A stretch of DNA of 35,210 bases, taken from positions 1 through 35,210 of the forward strand of contig NW_021829875.1 in the NCBI RefSeq assembly GCF_006345805.1, read 5' to 3'. Below the pieces are notes generated by a model. The model saw nothing but the letters and a program-made list of their open reading frames with translations, searched no databases and was not told the origin of the DNA. The DNA comes from Octopus sinensis (taxonomy: Eukaryota). The translations under genes and the position numbers were made by a program. Position 1 is the first letter of the stretch, and each line of letters begins with the position of its first letter. Shown here in pieces: positions 34,140-35,210 of this stretch.

Positions 34140-34570
34140 CACTTGTGCATGTATACATGTGTGTGTATGTATGTGTATGTATTTATGCATGTGTGTGTAT
34201 GTATGTATGCATGTGTGTGTATGTATATAAGCATGTGTGTATGTGTGTGTATGTATGTATGCATGCGTGTATTTACGCATGCGTGTATGTATGCATGCGT
34301 GTATGTGTGTGTATGTATGTATGCATGCGTGTATTTACGCATGCGTGTATGTATGCATGTGTGTATGTGTACGCATACATTTGTGTGTGTATGTATGCAT
34401 GTGTATGCATGTATGCATGTGTGTATGTATGTATGCATGAGTGTATATGTATGTATGCATGTGTGTGCGTGTGTATGTATTTATGTATGTGTGTGTATGT
34501 ATGCATGTATATATGTTGGTATGTATGTGTGTATGTATGTGTGTATCTATGTGTGTGTGTGTATATGTAA
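34140..34570. repeat. Compound (TG)n/(TATG)n/(TGCA) microsatellite
   Basis: Direct inspection. Confidence 0.95.
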
Positions 34571-34769
34571 GCAGCAGCAGCGTAGCCATCGTTAATGACT
34601 TCTCTCCCACCAATGATAAGGGCTACAATAACAACAACAGCATCTTCACCATCCTCGACAGTGGCGACACCATTACTGCCGCCACCACAATCACCACCTC
34701 CGACAACGCCAAAACCAGCAACCCAGCCCCAACACCAACGATGACGGCAGATATAGACACATCGCCGAC

Positions 34770-35110
34770 AGAACCTGCCCACGGGGAAACATCGGACGTT
34801 CCGGGAACCCCTTTCAAGCGATATCTCTCCAACCAAGAACTTTCTTCAGAGAAGGAGATACGCGACATCATTAGCCAGCCAAGTATGGCAGCTGAGATAC
34901 AATGATATTCCATACTTGATTTCATGGAAAATTCTCGAAAACCCAGGCCCTTACATCAACGGCACACAACGATGTAAATTATGCATAGCAGAATGGGAGA
35001 AAATCCTAAAGGACTCCCTCAAACCAGGGTACATCCTTAACTCCAGTACAGAGCTTCTCGGGCCATGTTTACACTTCAGGAAATTCTTGCTAGCCTTTTG
35101 GAGCCCAAAA
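34770..35110 (+). mobile_element. Penelope-like GIY-YIG endonuclease C-terminal remnant
   Basis: GTPFKRYLSNQELS then, after a frameshift, ISWKILENPGPYINGTQRCKLCIAEWEKIL...LNSSTELLGPCLHFRKFLL (PLE W.I.....Y.....RC.LC..EK..I....LNK.SEL...CRH..KF). Confidence 0.8.
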
Positions 35111-35210
35111 GATGGCAGTGCAGCTGGAAGTCGATAGCCAATGGCCAAAGGAGATAATCCCCATTGTGAGACATTTCTTCCTCCATAGTATTAAGAAGCC
35201 TTGAGCCAAC

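Noticed and set aside
33720-34140. Third ankyrin exon
   Set aside because: The candidate acceptors (tttcag|, gacag|) hit stops in the required phase 2 and show no ankyrin motif. The exon is probably beyond the window.
33942-34905. Cys/Val/Tyr/Met- or His/Thr-rich ORFs (also 11881-14371, 24678-25447, 27057-27921)
   Set aside because: These are microsatellite translations. The T/N-rich 34441-34905 ORF merges into a Penelope remnant.

Overview
Repeat-dense eukaryotic genomic DNA. The SINE, RTE and microsatellite content suggests a cephalopod (Octopus-like); this is inferred, not proven. There is no prokaryotic system, CRISPR array or rRNA. Host genes are fragmentary. A plus-strand ankyrin-repeat gene starts at ~32669 (two spliced coding exons seen, the rest off-window). 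A paralog of its first coding exon lies on the minus strand at 3360-3439, inside a ~1.2-1.5 kb inverted duplicated block, with ATA where the other copy has ATG. An orphan terminal death-domain exon (18730-20546, +) has been split by a 1.6 kb insertion built from two nearby templates (21211-21516 direct, 22099-23422 inverted), with 2-3 bp junction microhomologies and a 14-bp duplication. That exon sits between decayed Helitron Rep and helicase pieces that are in permuted order. Mobile elements include a HERO-clade RLE retrotransposon, a young near-intact RTE LINE, older RTE and CR1/L2 pieces, Penelope-like fragments (several with foldback structure), two MITE families and many SINEs. Most long ORFs in the track are microsatellite artefacts. 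All protein-family calls come from motif recognition by eye, and approximate boundaries may be off by tens of bases.
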